This document shows positions 1-6,325 of a DNA stretch of 9,711 nt, piece by piece. Origin of the DNA: a virus (lineage: Duplodnaviria > Heunggongvirae > Uroviricota > Caudoviricetes); IMG/VR virus record IMGVR_UViG_2706794665_000014; one strand, written 5' to 3'. The translations under genes and the position numbers were made by a program. The notes under the pieces are model-generated. The model ran no database searches, was not told the DNA's origin, and worked only from the letters and a program-made list of their open reading frames with translations. Position 1 is the stretch's first letter. Every line of letters begins with the position of its first letter.

Positions 1-45
1 GACAAAGTCATCGGGCATTATCTGAACATAAAACACTATCAATAA
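1..45 (+). CDS. insB: IS1 transposase InsB, last 14 codons (5'-partial)
   Basis: In-frame translation from base 1 gives DKVIGHYLNIKHYQ followed by TAA at 43-45. Confidence 0.8.
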   Translation, partial: DKVIGHYLNIKHYQ

Positions 46-60
46 GTTGGAGTCATTACC
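1..60 (+). mobile_element. IS1 insertion sequence, 3'-terminal 60 bp (end of insB plus right terminal inverted repeat); the rest of the element lies upstream of the window
   Basis: Bases 1-60 match the canonical IS1 right end as I recall it: insB C-terminus DKVIGHYLNIKHYQ with TAA at 43-45, then the terminal repeat ending GTTGGAGTCATTACC at 60. The reverse complement of 38-60 (GGTAATGACTCCAACTTATTGAT) is an imperfect copy of the left repeat at 9622-9644. Confidence 0.88.
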
Positions 61-62
61 AA

Positions 63-224
63 ACGGTTGAAATGTATGCCGCTACTTACGGGTCCTGTAA
101 TCCTCTGAATAAACCAGAGGGAAAAGATGATTTCGACAAAATTTACCGCTTCTTGGAGGACCGCTATATCAAAAGCTTAGAGGACGCAGGGATCAAATCC
201 CCAGTGAAGTCACCATTGTCCTGA
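63..224 (+). pseudogene. Orphan open frame starting at the IS1 junction: possible 3' remnant of a gene disrupted by IS1 (or a 50-codon ORF from ATG 72)
   Basis: Frame is open for 53 codons from base 63 to TGA 222-224 (TVEMYAATYGSCNPLNKPEGKDDFDKIYRFLEDRYIKSLEDAGIKSPVKSPLS). No Shine-Dalgarno before ATG 72. The opposite strand is full of stops here. Not listed in the ORF track. Confidence 0.3.
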
Positions 225-558
225 GAACTTGCAGAACGTCATGATCATAACTTCCATCCAAACCGCGACGGCGAATTGCTTCTCGTATTACCGGAAGCAG
301 TTCGCTGGAAATCTCGGTGCATATTTCACCTGATAATACGCTTGGCTCAAGTGAGAATATTGGTGAACTTACGGTCTTGGTCTCGACAGTTTCAGAGTCA
401 GTGCCAACATTATAAAGCTCAACGAAAGCGGTCTTGATTTTCCGGGCCAGATCTTTTGCTGGCTCGCTTGCAATATCTTTCCCGATTTCTCGCAGCACAG
501 AATGCAATGTATGAGCTGCTGTTTTCTGTACATCAGACGGTAAATCTTTAAATTCCAT
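193..558 (-). CDS. Hypothetical prophage early-leftward protein, about 121 aa
   Basis: ORF 193-570 on minus strand. Preferred start is the internal ATG at 558 (MEFKDLPSD...), preceded by GAGG about 6 nt upstream; the ATG at 570 overlaps the upstream gene's stop (TGATG). No family recognised. Confidence 0.55.
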   Translation of the reverse strand: MEFKDLPSDVQKTAAHTLHSVLREIGKDIASEPAKDLARKIKTAFVELYNVGTDSETVETKTVSSPIFSLEPSVLSGEICTEISSELLPVIREAIRRRGLDGSYDHDVLQVLRTMVTSLGI

Positions 559-569
559 CGTCAGCCTCA

Positions 570-722
570 TCAGTCAGTGTTTCTGGCTAACCAGCAACGC
601 GCGCCAGATTCGGTTTTAAACGTTTTGCTTTTGGTATACGTCATGGCGGTAAACGTTCCATCCTGGTTAGGGAACACGCCGCACACCAGAGATTCGTTGT
701 TGCCAAGATCGATAGTATCCAT
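570..722 (-). CDS. Hypothetical small prophage protein, about 50 aa
   Basis: Minus-strand ORF; ATG at 722 is preceded by AGGGGAAATGAGG with 5-nt spacing. The in-frame extension to 776 has no RBS. Stop overlaps the start of the downstream gene. Confidence 0.45.
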   Translation of the reverse strand: MDTIDLGNNESLVCGVFPNQDGTFTAMTYTKSKTFKTESGARCWLARNTD

Positions 723-903
723 GCTGACCTCATTTCCCCTTAACGCCGGGGTGGCGGAACAAAAAACCTGCTGCATAGTTAAAGATTGAACCCTGCCGTC
801 ATGTTCTTACGCCTCGGGCTGGCTACTTAACCCCTGACCACTGTCTGGTAACTCGAAGTATTGCCCTGCATTCTGTGGGGCGGGGTGGGTTGACGCCTGA
901 AAC

Positions 904-946
904 AATAGCATCATTATTTTTTTTTGATGTAAATAGCATCGCTATT
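904..946. promoter_or_regulatory. Leftward operator-like pair: two copies of the palindrome AATAG-N5-CTATT (O_L-like)
   Basis: 904-918 AATAGCATCATTATT (imperfect) and 932-946 AATAGCATCGCTATT (perfect inverted repeat), 28 bp centre to centre. Same motif as the sites in the repressor/cro intergenic region. Confidence 0.4.
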
Positions 947-961
947 GTTTTTTGTTGGGGC

Positions 962-986
962 AAGAAAAAACCACCCTAAGGTGGTT
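962..986 (-). terminator. Rho-independent terminator at the end of the repressor-antitoxin-toxin operon
   Basis: Stem AACCACC (969-975) / GGTGGTT (980-986) with 4-nt loop. On the minus strand the hairpin is followed by TTTTTCTTG (complement of 961-968). It sits 17 bp past the toxin stop codon (1003-1005). Confidence 0.55.
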
Positions 987-1002
987 CTGTCGGCGGGAAT
1001 AA

Positions 1003-1293
1003 TTAACTGTTTTTGCCTGGATACTGTCTTCGAGAATGCACAATATTTACTACTTCTATGCTTGATGCTGTTACTCGGTAAAGGATGATGTAGTTAGGAT
1101 GAGTTACAATTTCACGAAGACCAAGAACTCGCTCGCTTGGAGGATACAGGTAAGGATGCTCTGTGAGCGGCAAAACGGATGTTTCAATTCGAATTTTCAT
1201 TCTGCGTGCTGCCGCGGGATTTTCTTTAGCTATGTAGGCTACGATCTGGCGCAAATCATCACGAGCAGATGGTAGCCATAAAACGGGTAACAT
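1003..1293 (-). CDS. Type II toxin, ParE/RelE superfamily (96 aa)
   Basis: Size and sequence pattern typical of ParE/RelE toxins (MLPVLWLPSARDDLRQIVAYIAKENPAAARR...GLREIVTHPNYIILYRV...IVHSRRQYP). Start overlaps the upstream antitoxin stop by 1 nt (TAATG); GAGGTG RBS lies inside the antitoxin 3' end. Confidence 0.8.
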   Translation of the reverse strand: MLPVLWLPSARDDLRQIVAYIAKENPAAARRMKIRIETSVLPLTEHPYLYPPSERVLGLREIVTHPNYIILYRVTASSIEVVNIVHSRRQYPGKNS

Positions 1294-1487
1294 TATTCAC
1301 CTCTGTGAGTTGCAGCAGCAATTTGGGCAATAATTTGTTCCATTTCCGCCATTACCTCATCATGCGGAATCGCCGGGCGGGGATCCGCGAGGCTTGCTGC
1401 TACTTTGGCCCGCAGCCATTCGTTGTAACTATTTTCTTGCTCAACTGTCTCAAATTCTGAAACCATTGGGGAAAGGACTGTACTCAT
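1293..1487 (-). CDS. Putative antitoxin (addiction-module antidote-like, 64 aa) paired with the ParE/RelE toxin
   Basis: Small acidic ORF immediately upstream of and overlapping the toxin gene. GAGGAG RBS 9 nt before ATG 1487. Sequence (…NEWLRAKVAASLADPRPAIPHDEVMAEMEQII…) resembles antidote proteins that partner RelE/ParE toxins. Confidence 0.65.
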   Translation of the reverse strand: MSTVLSPMVSEFETVEQENSYNEWLRAKVAASLADPRPAIPHDEVMAEMEQIIAQIAAATHRGE

Positions 1488-1506
1488 TTTACATATCTCC
1501 TCTGAT

Positions 1507-2007
1507 TTAGGCGCGACGGCCTTTTTGTGCAGCTAACCACCGCGCAACCGTACGATCCATTGATTCTTTTTTATCTTTCATCTCCTGAAGCATGTGTTCT
1601 TGATCTTCTTTCGGAAAAGCTCTGAACGTATGGATTAAATCTCGTTCCATCGGCTCTACGGCAAACGGTAGTTCATCCTCTGTTTGTTCTGTGTCTGCTG
1701 GTAATGCGACTATGTTATCTTGCTGTGGTTCTCGACAATACATCCTTGCAATTTGCAGCAAATCTACCATGTCTGGCCTGATTGACTCAGGGGGAACTTT
1801 CAGTAAGCCAGCAAACTTTAGAACAGCCTCAAGGTTTAGTGGGGTTTGACCATTTAGGTAGTGACTTACCGCCCCTTGTGTTGAAAACCCCATAATTTCC
1901 GCCGCACGTTCCTGAGTCAATCCCAACTGAGATTTCTTTGCCATCCAGATTTCTTTCAGTCTTCTGGCGGCGTTGAGGTCGGTGTCTGACAATGATTTTC
2001 TTTTCAT
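1507..2007 (-). CDS. Prophage repressor, XRE-family helix-turn-helix (cI/RacR-like, about 166 aa), no recognisable LexA-like peptidase domain
   Basis: N-terminal HTH (LGLTQERAAEIMGFSTQGAVSHYLNGQTP). Divergent from the cro-like gene. Preferred start ATG 2007 (MKRKSL...); the ORF-track start at 2037 is GTG with no RBS. The C-terminal half is acidic with no Ser/Lys peptidase motif seen. Confidence 0.8.
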   Translation of the reverse strand: MKRKSLSDTDLNAARRLKEIWMAKKSQLGLTQERAAEIMGFSTQGAVSHYLNGQTPLNLEAVLKFAGLLKVPPESIRPDMVDLLQIARMYCREPQQDNIVALPADTEQTEDELPFAVEPMERDLIHTFRAFPKEDQEHMLQEMKDKKESMDRTVARWLAAQKGRRA

Positions 2008-2014
2008 ACATCCA

Positions 2015-2084
2015 ATTCTAATAAGATTGCTAATCACTTTGAAATAGTATCACTATTTACTTTTAAAAATAACAGTGCTATTAA
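2015..2084. promoter_or_regulatory. Divergent promoter/operator region (O_R-like) between the repressor and cro-like genes
   Basis: Three copies of the AATAG-N5-CTATT palindrome at 2020-2034 (weak), 2043-2057 (perfect, AATAGTATCACTATT) and 2068-2082, spaced 23-25 bp. Candidate rightward promoter: -35 TTTACT 2056-2061, -10 TATTAA 2079-2084. Candidate leftward promoter on minus strand: -35 TTCAAA (complement of 2038-2043), -10 TAGAAT (complement of 2015-2020), which places the transcript start at about the repressor ATG. Confidence 0.45.
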
Positions 2085-2118
2085 TTATGCATTGGTAACA
2101 CATCACATAGGGCGGATT

Positions 2119-2382
2119 ATGAATCTTGGAGAATATTTGCATCATTTTCATATAACCCAGAGTTCATTTGCTGAGATTGTTGGCGCATCCCAAGGGATGG
2201 TCAGCCACGTTATAACGGGGCGTGCAAAACTTACAGGAGAAAAAATATTACGTTGGTGTGAAGCAACGGGATGGGTGGTGACCCCACATGAGATTGACAG
2301 TAAAACCTACCCCAACCCAACTGACGGCTTGCCTGCTGAGTTTCAGGCTAACACACAACCATCGGCGGGGGTTGATTCATGA
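2119..2382 (+). CDS. Cro-like / YdaS-family HTH regulator (87 aa from ATG 2119)
   Basis: Divergent from the repressor; HTH-like segment QSSFAEIVGASQGMVSHVITGRAKLTGEKILRW. An alternative upstream start at 2092 is in frame. Stop overlaps the next gene's start (ATGA at 2379-2382). Confidence 0.7.
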   Translation: MNLGEYLHHFHITQSSFAEIVGASQGMVSHVITGRAKLTGEKILRWCEATGWVVTPHEIDSKTYPNPTDGLPAEFQANTQPSAGVDS

Positions 2383-2804
2383 AAATCAAGCATGAACACA
2401 TCCGCATGGCGATGAAAGCCTGGGCGCATCCGGACGGTGAAAAAGTTCCGGCAGCTGAAATAACCAGGGTTTATTTCGAACTGGGAATGACGTTTCCGGT
2501 TCTGCATAACGACAGCAAGCACAACACGCTTTATCTCAACACCCAAAAGATTTTCCGTTGGCTGGATAAAGACACCCCTGACGCTGTTGAAAAAATTCAG
2601 GCGTTGTTACCTGCGATCGAAAGGGCAATGCCACCTCCGCTGGTGGCTCGAATGCGCAGCCACAGTTCAGCTTATTTTCGGGAACTGGTGGAGACGCATG
2701 AACGACTGGTGAGAGACGCTGATGATTTTGTCGCAGTGGCAATCGCCGGTTTCAATCAGATGAACCGTGGTGGCCCGGCAGGAAATGCTGTGGCAGTACA
2801 TTGA
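2379..2804 (+). CDS. YdaT-like protein (CII-like regulator family), 141 aa
   Basis: Translationally coupled to the cro-like gene. Size and position match the ydaS-ydaT arrangement of Rac-type prophages. Assigned from gene order and length; weak sequence recollection. Confidence 0.6.
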   Translation: MKIKHEHIRMAMKAWAHPDGEKVPAAEITRVYFELGMTFPVLHNDSKHNTLYLNTQKIFRWLDKDTPDAVEKIQALLPAIERAMPPPLVARMRSHSSAYFRELVETHERLVRDADDFVAVAIAGFNQMNRGGPAGNAVAVH

Positions 2805-2875
2805 CTGACAATAGCCATATCGAATCGCTCCCGGCAACTCGTGAGTAAAAAGATTCGGTATCAGAAGAGGTGAGT

Positions 2876-3953
2876 ATGGCTAACGCCTGGCTCAGATTAT
2901 GGCATGACATGCCAAATGACCCTAAGTGGCGAACAATTGCCAGGGTGTCAGGGCAGCCAATTGCAACAGTGATGGCAGTGTATATCCACCTCCTGGTGAG
3001 CGCGTCACGAAATGTCACGCGAGGTCACATTGATGTCACGACAGAAGNNNNNNNNNNNNNNNNNNNNNNNNNNNNNNNNNNNNNNNNNNNNNNNNNNNNN
3101 NNNNNNNNNNNNNNNNNNNNNNNNNNNNNNNNNNNNNNNNNNNNNNNNNNNNNNNNNNNNNNNNNNNNNNNNNNNNNNNNNNNNNNNNNNNNNNNNNNNN
3201 NNNNNNNNNNNNNNNNNNNNNNNNNNNNNNNNNNNNNNNNNNNNNNNNNNNNNNNNNNNNNNNNNNNNNNNNNNNNNNNNNNNNNNNNNNNNNNNNNNNN
3301 NNNNNNTGTCACGACGAGTCACGACAGATACAGATAAAGATACAGATAAAGAAGATCAAAACACTATGGTCCATGGCGTAAAAAACGCCACGAACCAGGC
3401 AGGGGATGTTCAGACCGTCAATCCTGGTCAGCCAGCAGGCTCGACACCGGAAGCCGATTCAGCGTATGCGCTGAAAGCCGATTCGGGCGCTGTGCAGCAG
3501 GTGATGACCGCAAGGCCGGAGCAATCACTCCAACTGCAGCAGCCTGAAGCCGATTCCGCCATTCAGCGGGAAGCCGATCGGGTAGCCCCGGAAAACACCG
3601 GGCAGCCTGTGGGACGAGTGGATTATCCGGATGTGTTCGAACAGGTCTGGCGGGAATACCCGTTGCGTGCCGGGGCAAACCCGAAGAAATCCGCATTCAG
3701 TGCCTGGAAGGCCAGATTGCGCGAGGGGGTGCCACCAGAGACCATGCTGGATGGTGTGAGGCGTTACGCGAGATACCTGGCGGCGACCGGGAAAGCGGGA
3801 ACGGAATTTGTTCAGCGAGCGACGACGTTTTTTGGGCCGGACCGGAATTTTGAAAACCCCTGGTTGCTCCCGGTAAGCGGCACGAACAACCAGCGTTGTG
3901 TGAATCATATTTCTGAACCGGATACCGAAATTCCGCCGGGATTCAGGGGGTGA
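2876..3953 (+). CDS. Phage replication initiator / replisome organiser (YdaU-DUF1376-like N-terminus), origin iterons inside the coding sequence; frame not continuous across the masked gap (possible frameshift/pseudogene, or two ORFs)
   Basis: ATG 2876 after AGAAGAGG RBS. N-terminus MANAWLRLWHDMPNDPKWRTIARVSG... is typical of phage replication proteins. The C-terminal portion (frame of 3012-3953) ends in a TGA that overlaps the dnaC-like ATG. The frame before the gap (codons at 2876+3n) ends at TAA 3335-3337 after the gap, while the frame reaching 3953 is different. Confidence 0.5.
3004..3350. repeat. Replication-origin-like iteron array (TGTCACG-type repeats at about 10-bp spacing) followed by an AT-rich tandem repeat; the middle is masked
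   Basis: GTCACG at 3004-3009, TGTCACG 3013-3019, GGTCACA 3023-3029, TGTCACG 3034-3040; after the gap TGTCACG 3307-3313 and AGTCACG 3317-3323; then GATACAGATAAA twice (3327-3338, 3339-3350). Confidence 0.5.
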
Positions 3954-4696
3954 TGTGGCATGANNNNNNNNNNNNNNNNNNNNNNNNNNNNNNNNNNNNN
4001 NNNNNNNNNNNNNNNNNNNNNNNNNNNNNNNNNNNNNNNNNNNNNNNNNNNNNNNNNNNNNNNNNNNNNNNNNNNNNNNNNNNNNNNNNNNNNNNNNNNN
4101 NNNNNNNNNNNNNNNNNNNNNNNNNNNNNNNNNNNNNNNNNNNNNNNNNNNNNNNNNNNNNNNNNNNNNNNNNNNNNNNNNNNNNNNNNNNNNNNNNNNN
4201 NNNNNNNNNNNNNNNNNNNNNNNNNNNNNNNNNNNNNCTGATGACCGGGTGCACGAATTTTGTGTTCAGCGGTAAAACCGGCACCGGGAAAAATCACCTT
4301 GCAGCGGCGATGGGTAACCGGCTGATGGCGAAGGGGCGCAGCGTGATTATCGTCACCGAGTCTGATGTCATGAGCGTGTTGCATGACAGCTACGACAACG
4401 GCAAATCCGGTGAAAAATTTTTACAGGAGCTTTGCGGGGTTGATTTGCTGGTCCTGGATGAAATAGGCATTCAGCGGGAGACGAAAAACGAGCAGGTGGT
4501 ATTGCACCAGATAATTGATCGCCGGACAGCATCACTGTGCAGTGTCGGGATGTTAACAAACCTGAATCATGCCGCAATGAGCACGCTTCTTGGTGAGAGG
4601 ATTATGGACCGCATGACCATGAACGGTTGTCGGTGGGTGACGTTTAACTGGGATAGCTGGCGTTCAAATGTCAGCTTTCCGGGAGTTGTGAAGTAA
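3953..4696 (+). CDS. DnaC-like replicative helicase loader (IstB-like AAA+ ATPase; YdaV-like)
   Basis: Walker A FSGKTGTGKNHLAAA and Walker B LLVLDEIG. ATG 3953 overlaps the stop of the upstream replication gene (TGATG). The N-terminal ~90 codons are masked (3964-4237). Confidence 0.85.
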   Translation: MWHXXXXXXXXXXXXXXXXXXXXXXXXXXXXXXXXXXXXXXXXXXXXXXXXXXXXXXXXXXXXXXXXXXXXXXXXXXXXXXXXXXXXXXXXXXXXLMTGCTNFVFSGKTGTGKNHLAAAMGNRLMAKGRSVIIVTESDVMSVLHDSYDNGKSGEKFLQELCGVDLLVLDEIGIQRETKNEQVVLHQIIDRRTASLCSVGMLTNLNHAAMSTLLGERIMDRMTMNGCRWVTFNWDSWRSNVSFPGVVK

Positions 4697-4717
4697 TTTT
4701 TGTTGGAGGATGTTTTA

Positions 4718-5443
4718 ATGGAAACTGTATTTGACGCACTGAAAGCACTGAAAAGAGCCTCTTCACATGTGGTGGCGTCCCGCCTTGGAATCAGCCGTGA
4801 AGATGCGGTCAACGAACTGTGGAAACTGAAGCGCCGTGGTGAAGCGGATAACAAGGGTTCGATGTGGTGGCTGATTCAGGCTGGTGAAAGTGAACCAGTG
4901 TCACCGGTACCGAAAGTGACAGCGCAAATGCTGACTGAGGCGATTGAACAACATGGCCCACAAACGGCGGATGAGCTGGCACTGATGTTCGGGATTACCT
5001 CCCGCCGGGCGAATTCATCGCTGGCCATGGCAATCAGCAAAGGGCGTCTGATTCGCGTGAATCAGGGCGGTAAATTTCGGTACTGCATACCGGGCGCTGA
5101 TTTACCGGCAGAGCCGAAAGCCGCATCCATAGCGGAAACGGATGGTAAAGTCTTTCCTCAGCCAGCAGGTGTTGCGTTACCGGTACAGGAAGCTGCAACA
5201 CAGGAAGAAATTAAAACAGAAACTGTGGCGGACATTGTGCAGTCGTTGCCATCGTTCACCGAAACGCAAGCGGATGACCTGGTTTTACCATCGCTGCATA
5301 TGGCAAACCGCGAACTGCGTCGGGCGAAAAGTCATGTCCAGAAGTGGGAGCGTGTCTGCGCCGCGTTGCGGGAGCTGAACAAGCACCGGGATATTGTTCG
5401 ACAGATTGTCGATTCCTCCGGTCGTATTGTGTCGGAAAAGTGA
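4718..5443 (+). CDS. Hypothetical prophage protein (242 aa), possible tandem winged-helix DNA-binding regions and C-terminal coiled coil
   Basis: ATG 4718 with GGAGGA RBS 7 nt upstream. Two segments resembling winged-helix motifs ([20 protein letters not shown]; [24 protein letters not shown]). No family recognised with certainty. Confidence 0.65.
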   Translation: METVFDALKALKRASSHVVASRLGISREDAVNELWKLKRRGEADNKGSMWWLIQAGESEPVSPVPKVTAQMLTEAIEQHGPQTADELALMFGITSRRANSSLAMAISKGRLIRVNQGGKFRYCIPGADLPAEPKAASIAETDGKVFPQPAGVALPVQEAATQEEIKTETVADIVQSLPSFTETQADDLVLPSLHMANRELRRAKSHVQKWERVCAALRELNKHRDIVRQIVDSSGRIVSEK

Positions 5444-5458
5444 TTGCCGGGGGCGCTT

Positions 5459-5911
5459 ATGGCAAANNNNNNNNNNNNNNNNNNNNNNNNNNNNNNNNNN
5501 NNNNNNNNNNNNNNNNNNNNNNNNNNNNNNNNNNNNNNNNNNNNNNNNNNNNNNNNNNNNNNNNNNNNNNNNNNNNNNNNNNNNNNNNNNNNNNNNNNNN
5601 NNNNNNNNNNNNNNNNNNNNNNNNNNNNNNNNNNNNNNNNNNNNNNNNNNNNNNNNNNNNNNNNNNNNNNNNNNNNNNNNNNNNNNNNNNNNNNNNNNNN
5701 NNNNNNNNNNNNNNNNNNNNNNNNNNNNNNNNNNNNNNNNNNNAAGAAACCATCTGTGGTTGATCCGGACCTTATCTGGTCATTACCGGACGGAGAAATA
5801 CGCCGCTACGACAGACATCAGAACATAATCTGTCGCGAGTGCCGGAAGAGTGAAGTTATGCAGCGTGTACCGGCTTTCTATCAGGGTGATTTTCAGGAGG
5901 CGGTACTGTGA
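5459..5911 (+). CDS. Hypothetical protein, central part masked
   Basis: ATG 5459 follows the previous stop by 15 bp. After the gap the same frame continues through ...CRECRKSEVMQRVPAFYQGDFQEAVL to TGA 5909-5911. Other frames are also open across the N block, so continuity is unproven. Confidence 0.4.
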   Translation: MAXXXXXXXXXXXXXXXXXXXXXXXXXXXXXXXXXXXXXXXXXXXXXXXXXXXXXXXXXXXXXXXXXXXXXXXXXXXXXXXXXXXXXXXXXXXXXKKPSVVDPDLIWSLPDGEIRRYDRHQNIICRECRKSEVMQRVPAFYQGDFQEAVL

Positions 5912-5968
5912 GTGAAATTAGCTATCAGGCTTCAATTACCGCTGGCATTCGCATCAAAGGAGAGGAGC

Positions 5969-6325
5969 ATGGAAATAAAACCAGAAGATGAGTTAAGCAA
6001 TATTGTTTTATTTCCGGTAAAAGAGGATAACCCTCGTAATCAGGTTAATTTTCTTTATGAGCCATCGGAAAGACCATATTGCCATCACGCTTCTGTCCGG
6101 GTTGACGAAAAAGAGCGTCAGGTCCGCTGTAAAATTTGCGGTGCAGTTGTGGAGCCATTTGACTGGATGCTCTCTGTGGCGAAAAGAGAAACCAGACTGG
6201 CAGATGATGTAAGGCTCTTGCGCCAGGAGGAGCGGGAAAGGCGAAAAAATATAGAAAAGCTAATCCAGATTGAGCGTAATGCGAAAGCGCGGATACGCAG
6301 GGTGACAAAATATAGCCCCGAATAA
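5969..6325 (+). CDS. Hypothetical protein (118 aa), zinc-ribbon-like Cys/His cluster plus basic coiled-coil C-terminus
   Basis: ATG 5969 after strong RBS AAGGAGAGGAG. Motif YCHHASVRVDEKERQVRCKICGAVV, then an Arg/Glu-rich helix (LLRQEERERRKNIEKLIQIERNAKARIRR). Confidence 0.6.
   Translation: MEIKPEDELSNIVLFPVKEDNPRNQVNFLYEPSERPYCHHASVRVDEKERQVRCKICGAVVEPFDWMLSVAKRETRLADDVRLLRQEERERRKNIEKLIQIERNAKARIRRVTKYSPE

Noticed and set aside
932-952. Hairpin AATAGC-ATC-GCTATT followed by GTTTTTTG as a + strand intrinsic terminator
   Set aside because: The same palindrome recurs in the repressor/cro intergenic region without a T-tract, so operator function explains it better. No + strand gene ends just upstream.
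3048-3306. Four runs of N (3048-3306, 3964-4237, 5467-5743, 8884-9154; 259-277 nt each) and the poly-X ORFs spanning them
   Set aside because: These are masked or unknown bases, not biology. The ORF-track entries made mostly of X (for example 3005-3322 and 3025-3312 minus, 3960-4241 plus, 5457-5753 minus, 8877-9170 plus) are artefacts of translating N.
3418-3908. Minus-strand ORFs 3418-3696 and 3525-3908 (and similar shadow ORFs 577-789, 1269-1460, 1829-2011, 2343-2546, 2536-2742, 2752-3018, 4368-4577, 4567-4854, 5142-5378, 6045-6329, 6118-6372, 7385-7672, 7416-7625, 8497-8751, 8705-9418)
   Set aside because: They lie antisense or out of frame within better-supported genes, lack ribosome-binding sites, and have low-complexity or Arg/Pro-rich translations typical of shadow frames in GC-rich coding DNA.
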